Below, one piece after another: positions 52,346-62,799 of a DNA stretch of 64,000 nucleotides; position 1 is the stretch's first letter; each line of letters starts with the position of its first letter. The notes beneath the pieces are model-generated. The model saw nothing but the letters and a program-made list of their open reading frames with translations, was not told the origin of the DNA and ran no database searches. Source of the stretch: Candidatus Bathyarchaeota archaeon. Lineage in GTDB: Archaea; Thermoproteota; Bathyarchaeia; Bathyarchaeales; Bathycorpusculaceae. The stretch covers positions 160,001-224,000 of the forward strand of contig CAWAKC010000003.1 in the NCBI GenBank assembly GCA_963782525.1. Direction: 5' to 3'. Made by a program: the position numbers and the translations under genes.

Positions 52346-52414
52346 GAGCGCTAAGCGCACATAATATCGTAATTTATGCCCAATATTGCAAAATAACCTC
52401 AAATTAAGGTTATT

Positions 52415-52491
52415 TGGTGCCGAGGGCAGGGTTTGAACATGCGACGACTCGGTCTTCAGCCGAGCGCTCTCCCAGGCTGAGCTACCTCGGC
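52415..52491 (-). tRNA. tRNA-Phe(GAA), CCA encoded
   Basis: Cloverleaf GCCGAGG/CCUCGGC, anticodon stem CUCGG/CCGAG with GAA; one T-stem mismatch. Confidence 0.95.
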
Positions 52492-52804
52492 ACATTTTGA
52501 TGGACTTTCCGATATACCTCGGGATATTCCACTTTCGGGAGAGTCGAAACATTTACGCCTTCTGAGGAATATTAAGTTATCTTTTTGACAAGCCCATTCG
52601 AAACTAACTTCAAGCGCCATTTTTCCCAAGCTCACAAATATGAAATAGACACCAGTCGCTTGCTCTTGGCTAAAACTTTTTAGGTTCGTTCTTACTTTAT
52701 AATATTTTTGCAGCAGTTCTTGATGCAAACGCAACTTTCTGCTTAAAGTTAATTTTAAAAACTCTGGATTTTAAGAACTGCCACATATAAAGAAGGAAAA
52801 AAAA

Positions 52805-55528
52805 ATGTCTAAAAAAACAATTTTCGGAAAAGCCAATCTAAAAGAAAACAAAAAAACGATATTCTCAGCCTTTTTCATTGCGTTATTGACTCTAAGCCTC
52901 ACCGCAGTTTTATCACCATATGCTACTGCGCACAATCCACCTATTTCAATCCCAAATTACGTATACATCAGTGCATTCCCTAACCCCGACGGAGTTGGTC
53001 AACCAATTAGCTTATTTGCATGGAGTGCAACTTATCCGCCGACTGCACAAGGAGAATTCGGTGACCGTTGGGAAAACTTGACGATAAATGTCATATTGCC
53101 AAATGGCTCCAACGCAACCTTAGGACCCTACGAATCAGACCCTGTAGGCACAATTTTCGCGTCGTATATTCCCACTGATCCCGGCAACTATACCTTCCAG
53201 TTCCATATGCCCGCCTATAAAATGGTAGGTTACAACCCACAGTACCCCGTAACACCACCTAACCAGGTAACAGGTTCACAATACATCAACGATACTTTCC
53301 AAGAGGCATGGTCTGCACCTGTCACAGTTCAAGTGACCACCGAGCAGGTTCCACCTGCGCCGAATTATCCGTTGCCAACTGACTACTGGTCTACTCCAAT
53401 AAGTCAACCTGGGCACCAATCCTGGCAATATGTCACGGGCAACTGGCTCTCCGCTCCGATACCTGGCGCTGCCGTAAATGATTACTCGCAGCCACCGACA
53501 ACTGCCCACATTCTCTGGACGAGGCCAATTAACTTTGGGGGCGTTGGCGGTCAACCAACTGCTATTGATTCCGGCGGCGACAACTACTACTCATATCTTT
53601 CATACGAAGGCATGTTCAATCCCCCAATCCTGATGAACGGGCGACTCTACTACAACACACCTAATCCGCCAGAATATGGTTTCCAATGCGTCGATTTGCA
53701 AACAGGACAACAAATCTGGTACAATAACGGCACACAGGATCCTTTAGCATTAGGAAACATAAATGTGGGCTTCGGTTTTGCCAAACAGAACTATCCGCAA
53801 CTAAGCTTTGGACAAGAACTCGACTATGAATCTCCAAACCAGCATGGTTTAATCAGCTATCTTTGGGCTACTTACACAGCTAAGAACGGCTCAAACGTTT
53901 GGGCAATGTATGACCCATTCAGCGGTAACTGGATATGCGACATAGTAGGCGTTCCAGCATCTTCAGCATTTTTCGGAGCCTCAAGCCAGATCACAGACCA
54001 AATTGGCAGCTTCCTTATCTTTAGTGCATCAGCAGACTTTAAAACTATGACTGTATGGAACAGCACCCAATGCATACAAAACACCAATCCATCGATGGCA
54101 CAAACTAACGGTTATTGGATGTGGCGTCCACCATTAGGAGGACTCATACCTGCAAGCACAGGAACAACGATCTATAACACCACAGGTATACCGGTAGCTT
54201 TCCAAAAAACAGCAATCGGAATTTTTGGACCAAGCAATGCCATGGGTTTGAGTCTTTTAGGAGTTGATGCACAAAAACAAATCGCGATTTATAGCAACGC
54301 TACAGCAATTTTAGGCATGGCTAGTTTTCCCCAACCAAACGCTATCGCATCTATGGGTATCAGTATAGCTCCCGAAAGCATGGGCACCTATCTATGGAGC
54401 AACGTTCAGTCGTATCCAGCGGGTAACATTACTCTCTTAAGCGGCTTTGTAGGTGACGGAGCTTACACTCTCTACGAAAAAGAAACAACCACATGGTTAG
54501 CTTACAACTCAACTACTGGCGCCTACATGTGGACTTCGCAAACGCCTGAAGTTAGTCTTCACTCCTACGGCGTTACGGGTGGCATCTATAACAATGTACT
54601 CTACAGCGGCGATTCAATCGGCGAAGGCGGCACAATCTACGCATATGAAATAACCAACGGAAACATGCTTTGGCAGACAACGCCCGTCAGTATGGGCAAC
54701 ACAGGCTATTGGGATTATGTACCCCAAAGCGTTGGAACATTCGCAGCAGGTAACATATACTGGTATGGCTCAGAACACAGCCCAGGACCCAACCTGGAAT
54801 CAGGATTCAAGATAGGCGCTACAAACGCTTCAACCGGCGAACCGCTCTGGAATATAACTTGCTGGAGTTCAGGCGGCGGCATAGGTACAGGGCTTCCAAT
54901 TGCAAGCCAATATATGACAGTGCTTAATGCTTATGACAACCAAATCTACTGTTTCAGCAGAGGACCAACCGCAACCATACTGCAAACTCCCTTAACCGAA
55001 GTGGCTTCTGGACAAGGACTAATAATTCAGGGAGCAGTGATGGATACCTCTGCAGGCACCAAACAAACTGCAATCGCCTCCCGTTTCGCAAATGGTGTTC
55101 CAGCTGTCTCTGATAATGATCAGACGCCATGGATGGAATACGTGTACATGCAGAATCCGAAGCCGACATCTGTTACAGGCATATCAGTGACCCTAACATT
55201 CATCGACTCTAACGGCAACTTACACCAAGATACTGTTACAACTGACGGTGCAAGCGGTACATTCAGTTACGTTGTGCCTTCCAACATGATTCCTGTTGCA
55301 GGGAGATACATAGTTATAGCGTCTTTTGATGGAACCCACGCGTATGCATCTTCAAGCGCTCAATCGAGTCTTCTCATAGGGAGCAGCGCGGCAGCAACGC
55401 CGACACCTACCCCAACTGGTCCATCAACACTTGTCGATACATACTTCCTACCTGCTGTTATAGCCATAATCGTCATTCTCGTAGTGGGCATTGCCCTGAT
55501 TATGCTGATGCTTAGAAGACGACCATAA
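52805..55528 (+). CDS. PQQ-binding-like beta-propeller cell-surface protein (paralog of 9660..12500)
   Basis: Same architecture; shared PLPxDYW, ExPNQHG, YWMWRP, WMEYVY. Confidence 0.9.
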   Translation: MSKKTIFGKANLKENKKTIFSAFFIALLTLSLTAVLSPYATAHNPPISIPNYVYISAFPNPDGVGQPISLFAWSATYPPTAQGEFGDRWENLTINVILPNGSNATLGPYESDPVGTIFASYIPTDPGNYTFQFHMPAYKMVGYNPQYPVTPPNQVTGSQYINDTFQEAWSAPVTVQVTTEQVPPAPNYPLPTDYWSTPISQPGHQSWQYVTGNWLSAPIPGAAVNDYSQPPTTAHILWTRPINFGGVGGQPTAIDSGGDNYYSYLSYEGMFNPPILMNGRLYYNTPNPPEYGFQCVDLQTGQQIWYNNGTQDPLALGNINVGFGFAKQNYPQLSFGQELDYESPNQHGLISYLWATYTAKNGSNVWAMYDPFSGNWICDIVGVPASSAFFGASSQITDQIGSFLIFSASADFKTMTVWNSTQCIQNTNPSMAQTNGYWMWRPPLGGLIPASTGTTIYNTTGIPVAFQKTAIGIFGPSNAMGLSLLGVDAQKQIAIYSNATAILGMASFPQPNAIASMGISIAPESMGTYLWSNVQSYPAGNITLLSGFVGDGAYTLYEKETTTWLAYNSTTGAYMWTSQTPEVSLHSYGVTGGIYNNVLYSGDSIGEGGTIYAYEITNGNMLWQTTPVSMGNTGYWDYVPQSVGTFAAGNIYWYGSEHSPGPNLESGFKIGATNASTGEPLWNITCWSSGGGIGTGLPIASQYMTVLNAYDNQIYCFSRGPTATILQTPLTEVASGQGLIIQGAVMDTSAGTKQTAIASRFANGVPAVSDNDQTPWMEYVYMQNPKPTSVTGISVTLTFIDSNGNLHQDTVTTDGASGTFSYVVPSNMIPVAGRYIVIASFDGTHAYASSSAQSSLLIGSSAAATPTPTPTGPSTLVDTYFLPAVIAIIVILVVGIALIMLMLRRRP

Positions 55529-55873
55529 AACAGCGATGTAGTCATAAAAATTTCCCTCTTTTTTTATTTTAGACCGAAAGTACTCCTTGTTTATCAAGAA
55601 ATTGGTAGCTCTTTTGCTTTTAATTGTTAGATCTGCAGCGGTTTAGGGATTGGACCATTTAATGTATGAAGTATGTTAAATGGGTTAAAATGTAGCCAGC
55701 TGACGCGCTGACAAAAAAGCAAACGAAAATCAACAAACCATCGTGCTTGTGTTCTACAAATCCCTCGTATTCTTCATGCTTACTCAAGTTGGGTTCCCTT
55801 AAGTTAATAGTTTTAGTGCTTGTTAAGTAAAGGTTTTATGAAGGAAACCTATGTATTCACAATCCCCAGATAG

Positions 55874-55947
55874 GGGCCGTTAGTCTAGCTGGCTAGGACG
55901 TCGCCCTCACGCGGCGAAGATCACCGGTTCAAATCCGGTACGGCCCA
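55874..55947 (+). tRNA. tRNA-Val(CAC)
   Basis: GGGCCGU/ACGGCCC acceptor, UCGCC/GGCGA anticodon stem with CAC, ACCGG-UUCAAAU-CCGGU T arm. Confidence 0.96.
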
Positions 55948-56061
55948 TTTTCATAGCTATTTTGCTGTAAATTCGAGAAAAATCCCATTTGTGCGTTTAA
56001 TAATTGTGGACTAATTGACTAATTTCTATATTTGTTTTCATAAAACAGCTTTAGTTAATAC

Positions 56062-56122
56062 GGGCTCAGCCCTCAACAGGGATGGGCCCAGTAGAAACCT
56101 GCCCGACTCTGGGTTTGAGCCC
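56062..56122 (+). other. GC-rich extended hairpin downstream of tRNA-Val
   Basis: GGGCTCA-GCCC...GGGT-T-TGAGCCC; resembles the hairpins at 38848 and 41392/43035. Confidence 0.5.
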
Positions 56123-56211
56123 TTTGGTTCTAGAAATAGCGCACTGACTTGTCCCAAAATTGAAAAGTTTATAACTAGACCTTGCACATAAGGACTCAGG
56201 AATCGCTTGCA

Positions 56212-57307
56212 GATGGAAAAAAACAGCACAATTTACTTAAATTATTGAAAACTATTCTTGGAACTTACATTATTTTAGCTATTTTAATAGCGGGTATTAA
56301 TTATGGATATGCAAGCGTAGCCCCTAAAAACATTGCCTCAATTATTAATTGGGTTTGGTTGGTCTACGAAAACTGGATAAAGACAGCCTTTATTCTAATC
56401 GGCTCGTTTTTGACCTTAAAAATCATCGGTTCTTCAAAGAGAACAACCATGAGGAAAACAAATCTCATCGGTTTTATAATCGCGGCTTTAACCGTACATG
56501 TTGTTACTCCGCTGCTTGTTAACAATTATGACCTTTACTTTTACGCTATGCCCCTACCATGGACAACCACGCCGCTACAATTACTAAACACTAATTCATC
56601 GCTATATCACAGCACTATAACATCATGGGGAAGTAGCGGAATCCTATCAGCTTTAACCTTCTTCACCGCGATTAGCCTTGTAGTATTGATTGGAACGCTG
56701 CTTTACGATAGCCGATTCCAATGCTCCTCAATCTGTCTTTTCAATGGATTTGCCGCTGAGGTTTTTGACCCCGCAATTCCATTACTTGGCAAACGAAGGA
56801 AAATTAAATCCAGAACACTCCGATTTATGAGTATTCTTAGATGGGTATTTCTTGGAATTGCATTATTATTTATCGTATATTGGGCATTATACCTACTTGG
56901 AGTAGCTGTCATACCTAATATCGGTATAATAGCGAAAATTGAATCGTACAAATATCTTGTCGGAGAGCTTTTGTTGTCTTTGTTTTTCTGGATTGCTTTC
57001 ATTGGTAGAGGCTACTGCTATTATTGTCCGTTGGGAAACGGTATTGAGTGGATTTGCCAGAATAGCTGGTCAGAAAATAGTCACTAACAACACAAAATGT
57101 GTACAATGTAACAAATGCAATGAGACTTGTCCAATGTCCATTGATATCAAAGGCAAAGCAATCAATGGTAAGATCGTTCAAGATATCCGATGCGTAGGTT
57201 GTGGTCACTGCGTTGATGAATGCCCAACAATGAATCTTAGTTATTCAACAAAGTTTACAGAACGCATTAAGTCTAAGAAAACACCTGTGCAAATCGTTAA
57301 GAAATAA
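56212..57307 (+). CDS. Membrane 4Fe-4S (NapH/polyferredoxin-like) protein, frameshifted near 56218 and 57037
   Basis: TM helices, CSSIC, YCYYCPLG, two CxxCxxCxxxCP motifs. Confidence 0.8.
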
Positions 57308-57357
57308 CATCTGTCCCGACTCCATCTTACCCTGGATTGGGAGTATTATCTCACTTT

Positions 57358-57889
57358 TCAGCGACCAGTTTTATTATCATGGTATTCTACTTCGATTGCA
57401 ACTTCGTTTCTTCGCAAGAATCCTGGAATAAAAGGCGGATTGTAAAGCATTGTGAACACGTTTCCTTTTGTTTTGATTTTTTCTTTAGCCAGCTCGTTTA
57501 GTAGTTCTTGTGTTTCTTTTTCAAAATGTGACTCTGACCAACCGCCAGAAAAACATAAGGCGGCAATGAGTCTTTCTGGGATTTCAGCAATTTTCACCCT
57601 TGTATCTAAGGGTTCGGGTGTGGTTTCTATGGTGAATTCTTTTGGCATTACAAACGCCATTGTTCCCGTTTCTGAAAGGACGGGTGATGTCATTTGGATC
57701 TCTTGAGATACAACTGGAGCTGTCATTTTCACTTTGACTTTTTGCCTATTCTCTCCCGGTTATGAACCTGTAAAGTAGATTGAACCCATTTGACGGGTCT
57801 TCGACTTTGGCTACAATAATTTTGGGGTACCTGCGTATCTCTACTTTGTCTATTTCATGTATGATCTCATATCTTATCGTTTCAACCAT
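57358..57889 (-). CDS. SOUL-family heme-binding protein, +1 frameshift near 57757
   Basis: EIRRYP, GFNLLYRFITG/EN, KMTAPV, MAFVMP, YNPPF..RRNEV. Confidence 0.88.
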
Positions 57890-57976
57890 ACCTTCACGCT
57901 CATTTTGAATAATTGGTTTCCAATTATTTTGGCTGCTCAAAGCTTAAAAATGTATTAAAAAAAGAAAAGGAAGGGG

Positions 57977-58807
57977 TTAGAAGGGTCTGAATAGACCAAC
58001 AAACACTAACCAAACTAGAAACGTTTTCGCTACGAAACTAAGGACAATGTAGGTTCTTTCTCCATAAAGATAGTCTCTCCATCGTCCAACAGCCTTGTAC
58101 TGCAAAACTTGATTGACCGCAAAACTCATGAAAAGCGCCAGATATACAACGAATATCACATAAACGAAGTTTGGAACATTGCCTCCACTTGAGGCTACAG
58201 CGCCTCCGAAGTAGGCAAACAGGACAACCCAGGGAAAACCGCCGGATATGCATCCTAAAATAAACGATGACCAGTTTGTTTTCTCCGTTTTCTGATTAAC
58301 CAACTCCATGAGATATCCAAACATTATCATCATAGCGTTCAAAACAAATATCATTGCTAGCGACCAGAAATCCCAGATCCCAACGAAAGTAGCAATTATC
58401 CAGATCATTATCGAACTTGAAAAAGCGTATTCGAACCAGCGATAGGGGTTCATGCCTTTTTTGAGGTTTTCATTGTATGATTTATTCTTTGGAAAAGCTA
58501 CTGTGAAATGTGCAAATGCAGAGATAAGCGGGAAAGCGGCAAGTAGCAATCCTAGATGAGTGACGGTGAAGAGAACCTGCGGGTTTGGCGCTGCAAAAAA
58601 TGCGGGAGTTGTTGGACTGACATGGGCAAACGTGAGGTAGAATGTGTATATGTCTGTGCCTTTGGGCCAAGTTAATAGAAATGTCAATGCCAGAATGATA
58701 ATGCCGTTTATCAACTGTAGGGTGCCTGCACCTATGTTGAATTTTTTTAGGTATCCAAGAGAGATAGGCGATTTGGCAATTATTTCCTGTCTTTCTTTGT
58801 AATTTAT
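57977..58807 (-). CDS. heR: Heliorhodopsin
   Basis: SAFAH, NPYRWFEYAFSSSIM, FGYLME, YGERTYIVLSFVAK (SxxxK retinal lysine); N-terminus extends to ATA at 58807. Confidence 0.95.
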   Translation of the reverse strand: MNYKERQEIIAKSPISLGYLKKFNIGAGTLQLINGIIILALTFLLTWPKGTDIYTFYLTFAHVSPTTPAFFAAPNPQVLFTVTHLGLLLAAFPLISAFAHFTVAFPKNKSYNENLKKGMNPYRWFEYAFSSSIMIWIIATFVGIWDFWSLAMIFVLNAMMIMFGYLMELVNQKTEKTNWSSFILGCISGGFPWVVLFAYFGGAVASSGGNVPNFVYVIFVVYLALFMSFAVNQVLQYKAVGRWRDYLYGERTYIVLSFVAKTFLVWLVFVGLFRPF

Positions 58808-58942
58808 AATTATTCCTCCTTTCTACTCTTGTCTATCGGTATCTTGGATTAATTAGATTAACTGTTGCCTCAGAGCCTGAGCAGTGCCGCAAATGAAAAA
58901 TTTATATTCAACAGTATTTTCATATGATTCAGGTGTCAAATT

Positions 58943-59116
58943 TTGTCGAAAGTTCAACCTCATCCGGGTCATGAAAATCACCTCTGCAAAATGGTAGAGG
59001 ACAAAGTACCAATAGAAAAGATTAAGCCACTTGTGAAAGATGCGAAATACATCTGCAAAGGATGCATGCGCACAGCTGCCAAAGCAGAAAACCTCTGCGC
59101 CCCAGAAAAGCTCTAA
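58943..59116 (+). CDS. Small His/Cys-rich metal-binding protein (missed by ORF track)
   Basis: MSKVQPHPGHENHLC...YICKGCMRTAAKAENLCAPEKL; AGGTG SD upstream. Confidence 0.75.
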   Translation: MSKVQPHPGHENHLCKMVEDKVPIEKIKPLVKDAKYICKGCMRTAAKAENLCAPEKL

Positions 59117-59181
59117 ACATCTTTTCTTTTTTTTGTATCAAGTGAGAAGCTTAGTGAAATTTGTTGGCTTTTTTGTTTTAG

Positions 59182-59988
59182 CTATGATACTTTTCGTCTG
59201 AACAATAAGATGCTGGCGCCTAAGCTTAGCACACCAACGATGAATATTGCGATTAGTGCGTATTCTATTTTTTGCCAGACCAAACCATTTATGATTAAGG
59301 ATTGAAACGCCTCAGCTATGTAGGTGAAGGGGTTAACGTTTGCGACTTGCTGTACCCAACTTGGCAGCAGTCCGATTGGCATTACTGATGCCGATAAGAA
59401 TAGCAGTGGAAAAGTAGTTAACAAGCCCACTGAGAGTGTGGTTTCTGCGTTCTTTGTGTTTAGAGCCACAAACAGGGATATACCAGACCAGGCAACTCCA
59501 AATAAGGCTGCTAAAATGAAAATTACTATCGCGCCAACGATACCTGAAGCTATGTTTACGCCCAAGGCTAAACCGATAACTAATATTATGGCCACCTGGA
59601 GAACTGTAGTAAGTGCGCTGCTGAAGAGTCTGCCAAACAAGATTGAGGATTTGTTAATTGGAGCTACTCTCATTTTATCCATAAAACCGCTATCAAAATC
59701 ATTAACTAAACCAAGACCGGTGTTAAGGGCGGAAGAAGCTATGGTTTGTATTATGACGGCAGCAGTGAAGAAAGTAATGTAACTACTAGTGCCTGTAAGC
59801 AACTTAAATGAAGGAATGTTTCCGATCGCTGAGAAGGCTTGTGTAAAAAGCAAGAACCATACTAACGGTTGAATAAGGTTAAAGAAGATCAAGATAGGTT
59901 GACGAAGTAATTTCTTGTTCCAACGAGAGAAAATCGCTACGATTTCGGAAAGCATTTCTATCATTTTTATCTTCTCCTTCTTCCCCAT
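59182..59988 (-). CDS. ABC-2 type exporter permease
   Basis: Six TM segments; LPSWVQQVANVNPFTY. Confidence 0.9.
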   Translation of the reverse strand: MGKKEKIKMIEMLSEIVAIFSRWNKKLLRQPILIFFNLIQPLVWFLLFTQAFSAIGNIPSFKLLTGTSSYITFFTAAVIIQTIASSALNTGLGLVNDFDSGFMDKMRVAPINKSSILFGRLFSSALTTVLQVAIILVIGLALGVNIASGIVGAIVIFILAALFGVAWSGISLFVALNTKNAETTLSVGLLTTFPLLFLSASVMPIGLLPSWVQQVANVNPFTYIAEAFQSLIINGLVWQKIEYALIAIFIVGVLSLGASILLFRRKVS

Positions 59989-60992
59989 CCACCTGTTGTT
60001 TGCTTGCGTTCCACTACATTCAACGTTTTTCCTGTAAGCTTTAGGAAGACTTCATCAAGAGTGGGAGCTGAAAGGTTGAGTTGTTCCACATTGATTCCAG
60101 CTCCATCCAAAGCTCTTACTACCTGCGTGACCAATGCGGAACCATTCTTAGTCATTATTGTTAAGCCGTTTTCAGCAGCTAACCCGTCTCCACATTTACC
60201 CACTGCTTCGATTCCTTGCAATTTTGCCATCGACTCCTTGGCTTTTTGGCAGCCTTCAAGATCATCTGCTTTAAAGCGAAGCGTGATCTTATCTGCTCCA
60301 ACTTGAGCCTTGAGTTCTGCGGGTGTCCCTTCAGCTACTATCTTACCTTGGTCGACTATGCATAATCGGTTAGCTAACCGATCTGCCTCTTCCATGTACT
60401 GTGTCGTAAGGAAAATTGTCATACCTTCTCGATTTAGTTTAACTATGTATTCCCAGATGTCTTGTCTACTCTGAGGATCTAACCCTGTTGTCGGTTCATC
60501 TAAGAACAGAACTTTTGGATCTGAGACCAAGGATGAGGCTAAGTCCAGTCGTTTTCTCATTCCCCCCGAAAACGTTTTCAATCGTCGATCTGCAGCTTCA
60601 GCAAGACGGATAGTTTGCAGAAGCTCCTTTACCTTGGTTTCTGCTTTTTCCTTTGGTATATGGTGAAAGCTGCATTGGAGCATAAGGTTCTCTCGTGCCG
60701 TAAGATCGTCATCTACTCCTACTTCCTGAGAGGAATAACCTATTATTCGTCTAACTTTTACCTGATCAGCGTCAACGTCTAATCCGTCGATTGTGGCTTT
60801 TCCAGAGGTTTTTTCCAGCAATGTTGTGAGAATTTTAATGGTTGTGCTTTTGCCAGCCCCATTTGGGCCCAAGAAACCGAAAATCTCTCCTTCTTTAACG
60901 GTAAATGATATGCCGTCTACAGCAATTACGTTTTTTCCGTAAGTCTTATGCAGATTATCAACTATTACAATATCTTTCACGCTAAAAGCCAC
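59967..60992 (-). CDS. ABC exporter ATPase (DrrA-like)
   Basis: GPNGAGKST, FSGGM, LDEPT. Confidence 0.95.
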   Translation of the reverse strand: MAFSVKDIVIVDNLHKTYGKNVIAVDGISFTVKEGEIFGFLGPNGAGKSTTIKILTTLLEKTSGKATIDGLDVDADQVKVRRIIGYSSQEVGVDDDLTARENLMLQCSFHHIPKEKAETKVKELLQTIRLAEAADRRLKTFSGGMRKRLDLASSLVSDPKVLFLDEPTTGLDPQSRQDIWEYIVKLNREGMTIFLTTQYMEEADRLANRLCIVDQGKIVAEGTPAELKAQVGADKITLRFKADDLEGCQKAKESMAKLQGIEAVGKCGDGLAAENGLTIMTKNGSALVTQVVRALDGAGINVEQLNLSAPTLDEVFLKLTGKTLNVVERKQTTGGWGRRRR

Positions 60993-61035
60993 CGTTAGAC
61001 TGAATAATTAAAAAAAATAAGGTATTTTTACCTTA

Positions 61036-61452
61036 CTACTTGGGCATTAAAACTTTGTCGATCACATGGATAACGCCGTTGTCTGTAGCAATGTCTGCTT
61101 TAACTATTTCGGCGTCGTTTATCTTCACATTCTTGTGCATATGCCACTTAGATGCGTCGACTTTTAGATCTTGACCTTGTAGCGTAGTTAGTTTTTGATG
61201 TTGTACTACATCGCTTGCCGGAACGTTTCCAGCCACGACATGGTATGTTAGAACAGCCGTCAACTTTGGAATGTCTTTCAATAGACCATCAACTGTGCCC
61301 ATAGGCAATTTTGCAAATGCTTCGTCATTTGGTGCAAAAACCGTAAAAGGACCTGTGCCTTTTAATGTGTCAACTAAATTTGCTGCTGTTACAGCCGCTA
61401 CAAGAGTTTTGAATGTACCTGCCGCTACTGCGGTATCAACTATATCTGCCAT
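61036..61452 (-). CDS. Cytoplasmic fasciclin (FAS1) domain protein
   Basis: [28 protein letters not shown]; no signal peptide. Confidence 0.93.
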   Translation of the reverse strand: MADIVDTAVAAGTFKTLVAAVTAANLVDTLKGTGPFTVFAPNDEAFAKLPMGTVDGLLKDIPKLTAVLTYHVVAGNVPASDVVQHQKLTTLQGQDLKVDASKWHMHKNVKINDAEIVKADIATDNGVIHVIDKVLMPK

Positions 61453-61746
61453 AAAAATTCATCTCTTACTGTTTATAGGCTATACCACTAGTTAAGGATT
61501 CATTAAGTTGTGGACTCACACTAACACTTTTTGCGTCTTTTTTGATTTATGGGGAAAAAACTGCAGAGGAACTTGGCGTTAATACATTCCCGAGACTGGG
61601 GTAGAACTAGTAAAAGTTGAGCCTGAGAAAAATCGAATTAATCGATATGTCTTTAAAAAAAACAGGCTTCAGCCCACGGCAAACACTCAACGTGAACTAA
61701 TTTCTTTAAGCATATTAATCGGAGTTTAAAATAAGCTGTATTTCAA

Positions 61747-62025
61747 CTATTTGTTTGCATCCAGCTTTCCAAACCAACGCGAACGCCAACTTAAAACTTC
61801 CATCATTTGGCGTTCCAATTCCTCGTATCGATTCTTGTACTCTTCGTCTAGCCATTTGTGGGGTAGTTCATATTCAAACTCAATTGATGGAAAATCGTTA
61901 TTTGCTTCGTGCAAAACGTCCCGAATATACTCAGGAGGAACAATCTTGCTGGGTAAGTAGGGATCGACAATTGTTTTCTCTAATTTTCCTTTGATCATTT
62001 TTGTTTTCTCTATATGGAATGTCAT
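61747..62025 (-). CDS. Hypothetical protein
   Basis: 92-aa ORF with ATG start; no motif recognised. Confidence 0.5.
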   Translation of the reverse strand: MTFHIEKTKMIKGKLEKTIVDPYLPSKIVPPEYIRDVLHEANNDFPSIEFEYELPHKWLDEEYKNRYEELERQMMEVLSWRSRWFGKLDANK

Positions 62026-62184
62026 CCGAATAATCTAATATTTCTTATGTTTATCCACCTCGCTTTGAGGAGAAATTGGCAAGTTTTTTTTTAATTTCTA
62101 CCGTTTCAACGTAAAAATTGGCAAGTCACTAACAGTTCCGCAATCAAACCTGAGCTGCTGACTCTCAATAGTTTTAGTGTTAAA

Positions 62185-62673
62185 TTAAGGCGACTTGAGT
62201 CCTATTTTTTCTATCACTTCATCAAGCTTTATTATTAGAATCGGTTTGTCTGCAGAAAAATCGCTCCAGTCGGAACCCATGGAAAAGCCATGAGCCAACA
62301 GAAAGTTTTTTGAAATTTTCTGTTTGCCCACTTCAGCCATCGTTTCTATAGCCAGTTTTCTTTCCTCGCGGTCCTCCACCAATTGAAGTTTTCCAGTAAG
62401 CACAACAAACTCATATTCGCTAAAATTTGGAGTGTACTGTTCTATTTCTACGCAAACTGGGGTTTCTTGCTTGAAAAAACTCATCTTCTTCCCGTAATCT
62501 GTGAAATGAAAGTAAAGAATACCATTAACATAAGCGTATTGAAAAGGAGCAATGTAAGGCTTCAAGTCACCTTTGAATGCTATTCGACAAAGGAATTGCC
62601 CTCTAATTAGTTCTTCGATCTCGTTTTCTTTCATTTTTGGCAGCTCTACCTTCGTCATTTCTAATACCCGCAA
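62185..62673 (-). CDS. Pyridoxamine 5'-phosphate oxidase-like flavin-binding protein
   Basis: CRIAF...PYIAPFQY...LYFH..GKKM...PVCVEI. Confidence 0.85.
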   Translation of the reverse strand: MRVLEMTKVELPKMKENEIEELIRGQFLCRIAFKGDLKPYIAPFQYAYVNGILYFHFTDYGKKMSFFKQETPVCVEIEQYTPNFSEYEFVVLTGKLQLVEDREERKLAIETMAEVGKQKISKNFLLAHGFSMGSDWSDFSADKPILIIKLDEVIEKIGLKSP

Positions 62674-62799
62674 TTACTAAATTATCCCTTCTCCTTTTTT
62701 AGAGTACTCATCATCCAGGCAAGACTATTCTGTGGTGACTACGAAAATGGAGAGCTTTAAGACAGATGATCAATTAAGTCTAAGGAAGAAGGATGAGTA

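Larger units (their letters stand above)
41313..52427. mobile_element. tRNA-Phe-associated island, unit 2
   Basis: Lies between the tRNA-Phe 3' end and its 13-bp duplication; no integrase seen. Confidence 0.7.

Noticed and set aside
30246-52427. Near-equal ~11.1-kb size of both island units as a packaging constraint
   Set aside because: Unit 2 includes a 1.6-kb IS; without it the sizes differ, so probably coincidence
30246-52427. Casposon, provirus or integron interpretation
   Set aside because: No Cas1, PolB, capsid, terminase or IntI; no terminal inverted repeats and no attC-type gene-by-gene spacing
117-62610. Numerous antisense ORFs in the track (e.g. 117..596, 7569..8069, 22114..22611, 59324..59782)
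   Set aside because: Shadows of well-supported genes on the opposite strand
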